This document shows, piece after piece, positions 53,331 to 64,000 of a DNA stretch of 64,000 nucleotides. Both the position numbers and the translations under genes were made by a program. Location of the stretch: the NCBI RefSeq assembly GCF_009914755.1, contig NC_060947.1, one strand, 5' to 3'. The notes under the pieces are model-generated. The model worked only from the letters and a program-made list of their open reading frames with translations, ran no database searches and had not been told where the DNA came from. Within the stretch, counting starts at the first letter, position 1. Each line of letters begins with the position of its first letter. The DNA comes from the human T2T-CHM13v2.0 reference genome, Homo sapiens.

Positions 53331-54943
53331 ATATAAATGTTTTCTATCGCCATTTTTATCATTTTCCAGGGACATTAGAAAGAGGAAGGTGAGAGTGGTG
53401 TTGCTGCCCTGGTGCTCCTGAACCTCTACTGATAGGCTCCTTGGCAGCTTGGCCAGTTTTCTCTGAAGGGATCCTCACACTCACACAATGGTTGTGCCAT
53501 TTCAAGTCCTTAATATAGTCAGTCAGCCTGCCAGTATCCCCAAGGATTTAGGTCACATGGGGGGTGAGAAGAAAAACGGCCTGGACACCTCTCAGGATGC
53601 CAGGATGCAAAGTGTCACTTTCTGTATCTTTGCCTGGCTTCAGGACTGGCCCTCAGCCACATGTCAGTACTTTGTTTAGAAGATTAGATTTGAGCCTGTG
53701 CTCTACTACTTGCAAACCATGGGGAGGTGGCTTCACTCTCTGAACCCCAAGTATCCTTGTTTGCAAAATGAAGCTATTGATATCTGCCCTGATTGCCTCG
53801 CAATGATGCAATGAGGGTCAAAAGTGAACGTGGCCAAGAGGACATTCTGCAAGCTATAAAGCTTCCTGGATGTAGTGCTCTGTCTCTACACAACCCAAGG
53901 ATGCCTTCCTCAGAAAACCAATGTATCCAAGTTCAAGTCCATGATCCCTTATCTGAATCTTATAAGACCAGAGGTGTTCAGAATCCAGAATGTTTTATAT
54001 TTTGCAAGGACCATATATTAGGTCTCAGTGAGCTCTGGACAGCTTCCTGTAATCCAACACACTATTCAGCAGATTCCATGAAAATTCACACTCAGAGGGA
54101 CAAATATTTTTAAACACTTTATATCAGTTTAGGTCAGGTTTTGCCATCTAATGAATTTTGATGTCAAGCTTATGAAAATAATGGATTATCAGAACTTTTT
54201 TGGATCTGGAAACCAGATAAAGCATGTGGACCTGTGTACTGTGCAATGAATGTCAGGTGAATCTTGTATGTTCTTTCTTGAGAAGGTTTTCATGAGTGAT
54301 GATGGATTCATTTTTTTTTTCTGAGAAGGTTTTCTTGAGTAATGATGGATTAGTATGGTTTTTTTTCCCCAAGGAACACATTTAGTGTTTAATACAAGTC
54401 ACCAGTGTCTTAACCCAAAGGAGCTTTAGTGGGGGCACTTTCAGCCTCCCAGTAGTGCAAGTCAGGGAGCTGCCTAGGAGTAAGAGGACTTGCAACTCTT
54501 TCCACCTCCACCCTAAGCCTAGATCCTAGGGCTAAGGAACTTGATAGTGTGGTGAGAAGCAGAGCTGAGAAGCAGTGAAGCATTTTGGATGAAATGGGAA
54601 AAGTGACTTCTCCAGTGAAGGAAGAGTTGATGAAAGTATTAAATAGGAGTTTCATTTCCCCATAGTGATGAAGTGAGAGGTGGGGGCAGTGATGAGATAA
54701 TTTATTTTCTTGGAGGTTAAGAGAAGACGAACTGATGCCTATAATTCAAAACCACCTCCCACCCTGATTTGCATATTTCCCAACATTTCTATGTAAAATG
54801 CCCCAAGTGTAGGGGTTTATCTGGCAGCCCTATTCTCTATTCCAGCCATCCAACCAGAGTGTGTGGTACTCAGCACATCCTGCAGGTGATACAGCTCTCA
54901 GTGGTGTGAGCTGGTTGCCCTGAGCAGGTAGAGTATATGGGTT

Positions 54944-55243
54944 GGCCGGGCATGGTGGCTTACTCCTGTAATCCCAGCACTTTGGGAGGCTGAGGCAGGT
55001 GGATAACTTGAGGTTAGGAGTTTGAGACCAGCCTGGCCAACATGGTGAAACCCCATCTCTACTAAAAATACAAAACTTAGCCAGGCATGGTGACGCATGC
55101 CTGTATTCCCAGCTACTCAGGAGGCTGAGGCCGGAGAATCGCTTGAACCTAGGAGGCGGAGGTTGTAGTGAGCCGAGATCCACCACTGCACTCCAGCCTG
55201 GGTGACAGAGCAAGATTCTATCTCAAAAAAAAAAAAAAAAAAA
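54944..55243 (+). mobile_element. AluS in intron 2
   Basis: Alu consensus; TSD AGAGTATATGG.TTG. Confidence 0.9.
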
Positions 55244-56264
55244 GAGTATATGGATTGCTACTTGATAATATGATTAGTGGGATCACACAGAGGCCTTTCC
55301 AGTCTCCCAACACTTCTCCCCTCTAGCTGCCCTGTGATATCATGCAAGCCTTTCCCAAACACCCTTGGTAAACACTGCTGGGAGAAGCAACAAGGGAGGC
55401 CATCAACATCCATGTATCAGCCAAGACAAGGCTTCAGAAGGAGCTGGGGGAATGCGGAAAGGTCTTCAAGAGGTTTGGAGCAGGGGCCACTGCTCAAGAA
55501 GGCAGCTTCAGGGCAGCCTCTGCAGCGAGGCCATAGCCTGAGGGCTCTGGGGCCTGCAAAGAGGCATGTTAGAAAGGGGGGCAGGGGAGTATCCAGCAGC
55601 CACAACCTGGATCACTTCATTCACTAAGTTAGGCTTAGTACTGCCAATGGAGGAGGCAAGGGAGCAGGCCACTGGGTGGAGGGACGTCCTAGATGACTCA
55701 AGTGAAATGCTCTTCAAGCCAAGTTGCTAGTGTCCACCTGTCTCAAGACACACACAGAGGGCAGCCCTCTCCCCCGCTACTCTTTTTTCTTCCTTCTTCC
55801 CCAGGATGTTCCTCTGCCCTCCCTAGAGTGTCTTTCCCAGAGCAGTTGGGCTTGGGCCCTGAGGAGCCATAAACTTCTTTATACTTTCTAAAGTATGTGG
55901 TGAGGGAGCAGAAGTGATCCAGGCCCCTAGGAGAGTAAGCTCAGCCCCTGGTTAGCCCTCTGAAGGGCAGTCTGCTTTGTGGAGAAGAGCATTCTGGGAG
56001 TCCTGAGACTGCAGTTCTAGTTCCAGCTTTGCCACTAGCGACCTTTGAGGTCTTGGAGAGGTCAGATCCCTTCTCCTGGGCCTCTTCTGAAAACTGATCA
56101 GTTAGTGTAGGTGCTCTTTCAAGCCACTACTGAGGACTGGTTCTCTGCTTGAGAGACTAGTTCAAACGAACGCATACCTGGGCAGGCCCTGAAAGCTGGT
56201 TAGCATGTGGTCAAATGGGGGTTCTTGCTACATTTGATGGTCACTCCGTACAATGGTGGGGCAG

Positions 56265-56505
56265 AGACAAGGTAGTATGGCAGAGTGGTTAAGAATACAG
56301 GCTTTGGTATCAGTCAGTCCCAGGTTCAAACCCTGATTCCACAATTTACCAGCTGTGTTACACTGGGCAAGTTAACGTTTTTGGGTTTCAGTTTTGTCTT
56401 CTTTATAATGGCATTAGAACAGTTGCCCGCATTTTAGGGCTGTAGATAAGAGAGTCCTTTTAAAATGTTTCACACAACAGTGAGTGCTGTGGGTTAGTTA
56501 TTGTT
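56265..56505 (+). mobile_element. MIR just upstream of exon 3
   Basis: GGTAGTATGGCAGAGTGGTTAAGAATACAGGCTTTGG...CCAGGTTCAAACCC...CTGTGTTACACTGGGCAAGTTA. Confidence 0.8.
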
Positions 56506-56507
56506 AG

Positions 56508-56693
<186 letters not shown>

Positions 56694-59600
56694 TGAAATG
56701 ACATCAGGTCCAGCTGCCTACTGGACCCTCCCCTCTCTGTCTTATCTAGGAAGGGGAGTGAGGGTGCTGTCCTCCTTGGCATTTGGGGTCCTGAGTGGGT
56801 GGTTCCCTGGGTTAAGGGGACAAAAGGGAGATGGGAGTGTTAATTGATTGCCCAGAAACACCGTCCTTCTGGTGTGTACGATCAGTTTGGGCAGTTTCTA
56901 CATTTTTGTAGGAGCCTGTGAGGAATGTTCTTGCTTCTTTGACTCAGGGTCTGGATTGTCAGTGGGAGAAAAACCAAAATCAAGTACATTAATATGGGGA
57001 TTGAGGCTCACTGAGGACATTCTGGCTGTTGATGAGAGATCCAGGGCATGGGGCTACCTGCTGTTACATAACTTTTCTTTGGCTGAATCACAGTTTTCAC
57101 CAGCCACACATGACAGCCAGCCCCTGGGAAGGGACGTTGGTGGTCCCCACCTCCCCTATCACCATACACAGAACTCCAACCTTCAGCTCCTTTGCTAGAA
57201 ATAAAACACACTGCCTCACAAATGCTAGTCAGAGACCATTACAATATAATGCAAGCAGTCGTTCCAACTCTTGGGTCCCAGCAGAATGTGGTAGTTATAA
57301 AAGAAAAATGGTGTGAAATACTGAGAGCATTAGTGAAGGCTCAGCCATCTTCAATTCATGGACTTTGTTGCTTATTGTTCTACAGTTTACTCTGCTGGTG
57401 TCTGGGTAATCGGCCTGTAAGTTGGATTCTGACAGTTGGCGGTTGTCTCTGCTCTCCTTGTGCCCCACCCACTATTCACCGCGGAGCCTTACGGTTTCTG
57501 TCCCAGTGTGGTTTGGCAGAGCAGTGGATAAAGAAAGTGAGCAAGAGACAGAACTGGTTTCTGAAGGCTCTAGAAAGGAATAGTTAGCAAAATCAATGAA
57601 ATAAGGGAACTGGCCCTGGATTTTCTGTCTCACAAAAGATCTCCTTTCTGGGAAGTTGCTTTGAATTGGTTTGAGTATGTGAAAAAGGTGTGCTTGAGAG
57701 GAGCACGGTTCGGGGAGAATTGCTTCAAGCTGTGGACCCTTCTCCAAATCTTAAGTGTAGTCCATGATGTAATGATAATAATAATAGCTAACATTCGTTG
57801 AGAATTTCTTCTGCATTATACACTGTGCTAGGCATTTTATGTGGAGTATATTATTTAAATCCCACTACATTCCTGAGGCTAGGTTTGGTTAGTTATCCTC
57901 AGGTTACAGGTGAGACAGATGAAGCTGGGGCTTGCTGACTTTCCCAAGGTCATGCAGCTGGTGATTGGTGGGAAAGTATTCAAACCCAAGTCTATCTGCT
58001 TCCAAAGCCTGGCCTCTTAGCTGCTCTGCCATCCTGCTTCCCATGAGGACATGGCCACAGCCTTAGCACTCACTGGTGAAGCTGGATCAATAGTAGCAAT
58101 GGAACTTTCCAGTTCCAGGATGAACAAAGGCAGTTAGAAGAAACTTATCTTTGGGGACGGAGCGTGCAAAGGCCAGCAGAGGCAGGTCTCAGACCCAAGG
58201 AGGAATGGTTTCTTGACTCTTGTTTGTCCATTTCCCAGCTAGCCTGAGATGTTTTTGGTGTCATCAGTTGGGCTGACCTGTCTCTCCAGTCTGCTTTTAT
58301 AGAGAAACTGTTGTCATTTCCACAGCTGCCTAATGGTTGGAGGCAAGGCATTGTGTGAAGCTCTGGAGACCCAAAGAGGCATAAGTCACAGTTTTAGTCT
58401 TCAAGGAACTTAACAATCTTGCATTTGTTAACATAAATGCCAGATGATGCAAGCGAGCGTATGCCTGTGATGAGTGTTACAGAGTTCTGAAGTGAGGGCG
58501 AGAATTTAGAGGCGAATTTCCACTGGGTGTGATGAGGCCATGGCGGCGATTCAGAACATCAAGAGTCCTCAGTTGTGTTTATTTACTAGATCATTCCAGT
58601 TTCAGGGCTAAAGATTTGACAGAGATGATGCAGGTTCAGTTGACATTTATAAGCTGCCTTCGAACTCACAGGCTGTGTTTCTTTTTAATGTTTGTTTTTA
58701 CTGCAGATTCTTTTTCCCTCTTCTTGACCTATTTGGGCCTTTCTAAGGCTGAGGCTGAAGTGGAATTGACTTTCATTCATGTGGAATGATCATTCTCACT
58801 GAGAATTGACCCCAACTTTTGTTTTCCAATGCCATTGAGAAGGCCTAGAGAGAGATCTCAAGTAGTAAAATGAAGAAGGGAACTGCTGTTATTATTTCTG
58901 CTTTGTTTCCTTTGATTTCTCCCTTGGCCTTCTTTTCCTTCCCACCACCCTCTGCCCTTTCATCCTTGCACCTTGTGATGCTGTGTGGCTGCCACTGAAG
59001 AGTATTATGCTCTTTTTGGGAGAATTCCAAGGATACTGCCTCCTCAGAACTGGCTTGGTCCTGTTGAGTCACGCATTAGGGCTTCAGAGGACCAACCTTG
59101 GCTCCTGTGGAGGAGGGACCTCTGAAAGCTGGCATTTATGGCCCCGGGTGCTGTGAGTACCTCCCCATTTAACTCCTGTGCCAACTCATAACTGGAAAGT
59201 GGGTTTCTCAGAGCTGAAAGGAAACATAAGGATCAATCTGAGGACTTTGGGCCTGAATGCTAGGCCTCTCCCTGGGCCCTGGGGTGGATAAGTGTCTTAA
59301 TTCAATTCCATCCAGTGTGATGAGCATTTATTGGGTATCTGTTATGTGCCCTCTAGAAGCTGGCCGTCTGGCAGGAGAGAAAGGCTTACATCTGTGACAC
59401 ATTTCTAGGATAACATAACGTGGTGTTGTTCAAGATGCTATATTATGGTGCACTCTCTACTACTGTGTAGAACAGGACTGGAATAGTGAGGGAAGGTAGC
59501 ACTTGAGCTGAGCTTTGAAGGCTGAGTGGGGTTTGGCTTCATGGCAAGTGCTGGCATCTGAAGGAACATCATGAAGAGATTGCTGGGGGCCAGAGAATAA

Positions 59601-59793
59601 ATCAAACTGGAGTTTGGTGTTCTGTCAAATTTTGTTGATCAATTAATACCCTAACTATGTACCCTCAGCACGGGACTGGAGCTTCCTTTAGTGGATCTCC
59701 AAACACTGCAGGAGCTGCTGGGTGGTAAGCACTGGAGCAGGTTTTAGAAGCAAAGTCACCTGCTCTCCTTGTGTTACATGTTTCAGTATATGG

Positions 59794-59796
<3 letters not shown>

Positions 59797-59838
<42 letters not shown>
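59797..59838. repeat. (CA)21 microsatellite in intron 3
   Basis: Uninterrupted CA run directly visible. Confidence 0.95.
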
Positions 59839-59843
<5 letters not shown>

Positions 59844-60334
59844 TGCTAGTACAGGGGAAACTTGGGGCAAGAATGTGGACAGTGAATGGTGCAAGCTACA
59901 TTAGAACGCACGTCTACCCTCCCAGCTTATCCAATTGCAAGGGAAACCAGCAAGAGACTGGAACCTCCTTGCGCCTAGTACTTAAACTTAACCTAACATC
60001 CTCTGGGAGGCAAAGGCCAGCATAGGGGAGGCGAGGTTGGGAGAAGAGGGAGGAAGCTGGAGTTCTGTTTTTCCTAACAGTTAACTGCTCAGGTTCCCAG
60101 CTTTGAAGGGATTAAAGATCCAGGGGTGATGGTGGGGAGAGGAGGAAGCAAAATGGGTAGTGGAGAAAAGAAACAGTGAGGATCCTAGAAGACATTTGTA
60201 GACTTCTACCCACTGAGGTATTATGAACTTCAAATTCCCCAAGTGAGGTTTCTCTCCTGACTTTGCCTCTCTGTCTCTTTCCTCCTAGATGAGTTTTAAA
60301 ATCCCACTGCAGATATTTCTGCGGAGTGTTAGCA

Positions 60335-60515
60335 CTAGCATGGTGGCTCTTAACCTTGGCTAGGCAACAGAGGCATCTGTAGTGCCTTCTCAAAATCCAG
60401 ATTCCTGGGCCACACTCCAGACCTGGGGGAGATGGGAGTACAAAGTAGAGACCTAGATTTTTCATAAGTTCCCCAGTTGATTCTGATGCCCGCTGAAGCG
60501 AGGACCCCTGCCCTG
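60335..60515. mobile_element. MER5-like DNA transposon
   Basis: CAGATTCCTGGGCCACACTCCAGACC...TTTTCATAAGTTCCCCAGTTGATTCTGATGC; a similar element lies at about 29810-29975. Confidence 0.65.
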
Positions 60516-60660
60516 GTGTGGTGTGTTAGGGACACTGGTCCAAGGCTTCCTCCCTGGAGTTCTGCCCTGCAAGCTGGCTCCCTCCCCCCTTCACCCTCCT
60601 CCCCTTCACCTGGGCACCTGTAGAAACTTAAGTAGTGAAGTCTTCTGTTTTATGTCACAG

Positions 60661-60816
60661 CTTCTCCTTAGTTTCTTTTCACCATCAGTCCCGGGGGATT
60701 CTCAGGAACATTCTCCCGATATCCTGAAGCTGTTGGCACCTCACCCTAGATTAAAGGAAAACGTAGAGTCAATGACTACTGAAGTTACCAGCCATAATCT
60801 ACCAAGGTTGTTACAG
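60661..60816 (+). CDS. LONRF3: Candidate alternative in-frame LONRF3 cassette exon (52 aa)
   Basis: Acceptor tcttctgttttatgtcacag|, donor CAG|GTAAAA; 156 nt, open in phase 0-0: LLLSFFSPSVPGDSQEHSPDILKLLAPHPRLKENVESMTTEVTSHNLPRLLQ; non-repetitive sequence between exons 3 and 4. Confidence 0.6.
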
Positions 60817-61031
60817 GTAAAACTCAACTCACCCAGCTCGCTCGTGACGCTTCGTTTGGCTGTTTTGTGGGCAAACGTGGGGAGTGAGCCCTCCCTCTCC
60901 TATTTTGGTTCCTGAGAAAGAAGAAATTGAGTCACTAGTGGTTCTGTTCTTTGCAAAGAACCTCTTAAAGATGCAACTGTGAATTTCAGGCATGGTCCCA
61001 GAGTTTATTCATTACATTGAAAAAAAATTAT

Positions 61032-61307
<276 letters not shown>

Positions 61308-63092
61308 CATTTTTTTCCAGTTCTTGGTTAGATCCAGCCGAGAGAGATTTTACAGAGCTAGAAAGGAATTGGCTCACTGCCCCTGGGCCATACCATTTGG
61401 GTGGGTTTATAGGCTTTGGGGATGAGTCTGGGAAGAGGGCCTAACAATCCCTCCTTTCGAGCTTTTGTTTGTTCAAGCTGCTGGCCTTTGAGTGCCAGCA
61501 CTTATCCTGTGCAAAGACAACTCTGATCCTCAAATGGATGTAATTTCATATTCCTGCACTATGCCTTATACATAAGTAAGCTTCCAATACGTATTTGTAA
61601 CAGAGAAGAGGAAAGAGATGTTGGAAAGAAAGTTGAGTTGAAGGACCTGGGAGGAAGACAGGTATTTGTACCTTTCTTTGAAAACCAGGAAACAGAACAC
61701 AAGAGAGATGGGTTCCAGGCCCTGGCTTTCCCGGCAGAGGGTAAGTGGTCAGAAGTTGAGGATCAGAAGCGCAGACTCCAAGGCAGAGTTTAGCACTGAA
61801 TGCCTGGGCATCTTTAGGGGGCAGTTTTCCCTCCATTCATGCCCGGTGTTCTTCTCCTGTGTGTAAGCCCTGGGCTCTCATAAAAGGACTGAAATGCAGG
61901 TGCGCCCAACTTTTCTTAAAAAATGGCAGAACTTAGAGGATCTCCTGAAATCACAGAACCCCCAGTGATTTCAATAATTAAGATCACTATTAAATGATTG
62001 AGAATGCTAATACTGAACCCAAATGCCTGGAGTGACTTCTAATTGCAGCTCCATCTGAAAAGAAGAAAAATAGCAACCTTGGCTTTCCAATGTCAACCAG
62101 CTGGGGAACAAGGATTGGATTTCCACCCAAACTTTGCTTTGCAAAGCAGTATACTCCTGAGTGGCCAATGCCTTGGGTTCATGGAAAGTCAAGGTTGTAG
62201 TATTGCTGTAGTGCTGGAGAAAACCCCAACTCCCAAGTTAGACACAGAGAAAACCCACATTATTTTTGTCCTCACCTCATTGTTTTCTCCCAGCTATATG
62301 CTCCCCTTTTTCACCTGTCTGCCAGTTTTTTTTTGGTAGGGTTAGAGGGAAACAACACGATGAGTATCTTGACCTATGGACTATGGGTTTAGATTAGAGA
62401 GGGGTTCTCCATGTAAATCTGCATAAACATGTTGTTATTGCACTTATTTCTAAATCCTTTTTCAAATATCCATCTCCTGGGAAAATATTCTTGAAAAGGC
62501 TAGAGACATTGTTGATTTTTTTTGCCAGGTGATTTTGTCTTTTTTTTTTTTTTAATGCTTTTCACCCCAAATCTAGTAAAAGGAATAGTTTGTACCTTGT
62601 TCATTTGACCAGTGTAACATACAGACCTGGAGCATGAGGTAACTTGGCAGGCCTGTGAACAGACCTGTGCCAAAGCCCTACCAAAAGTCCTTTTGGAGCT
62701 GGAGTTTGGGGATCGCAGACGGCCGTGAATGGCAGTGAGGGCGAGAGGAACTATTGAGTGACAGGATCTGCCGTCACTGCCTGCCTTGGTTTTGCTAAAG
62801 TGGTTACTGGGGAAGGATTTTATAGGAAGGGGAACTGGTGCCTATCCCTGGCATTTCCCCTTTTTACACCTGCCCAAGGAGGCTCTCCTCCTACATACCT
62901 TCCTGTCCTTGCCTAAGGAAGTTCCCTAACTCCACCCAAGCTGGGAATGCCTTGGTTGCAGATACTGTGCAGAAAAGAAGTAGGAAATAATGCCTTATGA
63001 CGGCCCCCAAGTTGAGCTCTGTGTCCACTATGAGTTCGGGGTGGGGATCAGGACTCTATAGTTTCCCTTTGTTCCTCTGGGTAGGAATATGA

Positions 63093-63575
<483 letters not shown>

Positions 63576-64000
63576 TGAGATCATGTACAGTGCCTAGCAC
63601 ACTGTAAAAAGTGTTCAATACTAATTATTAATATAATGGAAAGCCAAGGCATCAGGTCAAGCACAGTATCAACTAATGACATCCCATACCCATGGGGATG
63701 CCACTTCCTTCTAGGTCAGCCTCTTGCTACCCCCATCCCCATTCTAGGAATGCAGGATGAGGAAAGTGAGGTCAGGCCTCACCCTGCTCATTCCCAGTTG
63801 TGTTCCCATAGGTAGGCATGTGAGAAGCAGCAGCTGTGGCTTGCTATCTTTCCACGAGAGGTTGGCAGTGCCAAGATTCAGTTTTAGCTTTGAAGGCCTG
63901 GCTCAGTCCATTGAGTTGCTGTAGCTTCTGCTGTTGACAGAGGTGCATGTTGCATTTGAATGAAGTCCCCAGGGCTCCTGGACATTGTTTGACTTGCATT

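Noticed and set aside
58675-58730. Strong-looking acceptor (tttgtttttactgcag at 58706) followed by an early in-frame TGA, a possible poison exon
   Set aside because: No convincing downstream donor found; such pseudo-acceptors are common in introns.

Overview
Primate (most likely human) genomic DNA. It contains the promoter and 5' coding exons of LONRF3 (LON peptidase N-terminal domain and RING finger 3; Xq24 in human) on the + strand: a CpG-island promoter near 48.3 kb, coding exons at 48521-49337, 52085-52203, 56565-56687 and 63147-63411, and an extra in-frame 156-nt candidate cassette exon at 60661-60816. The upstream 47 kb is intergenic and dominated by repeats (about 50 Alus, old L1s, MaLR/ERV LTRs, MER20/MER5, MIR, L2). 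It also holds a TSD-bounded processed pseudogene of COBL (11500-13702). The most interesting observations are: (1) the COBL retrocopy looks like a fossil of a non-canonical transcript, with a different 5' exon, exons 2-6 and an Alu-headed terminal segment but no WH2 domains; (2) the LONRF3 core promoter has a perfect inverted pair of D-box-like sites, CCAAT, an overlapping CRE/E-box and TATA; (3) a strong-Kozak, double-ATG uORF sits in the LONRF3 5' UTR; (4) two symmetric cassette exons can vary the TPR/linker region. I found no evidence for a wholly new biological system. Gene and repeat identities come from recognition by eye, not database searches. Repeat boundaries and subfamily calls are approximate.
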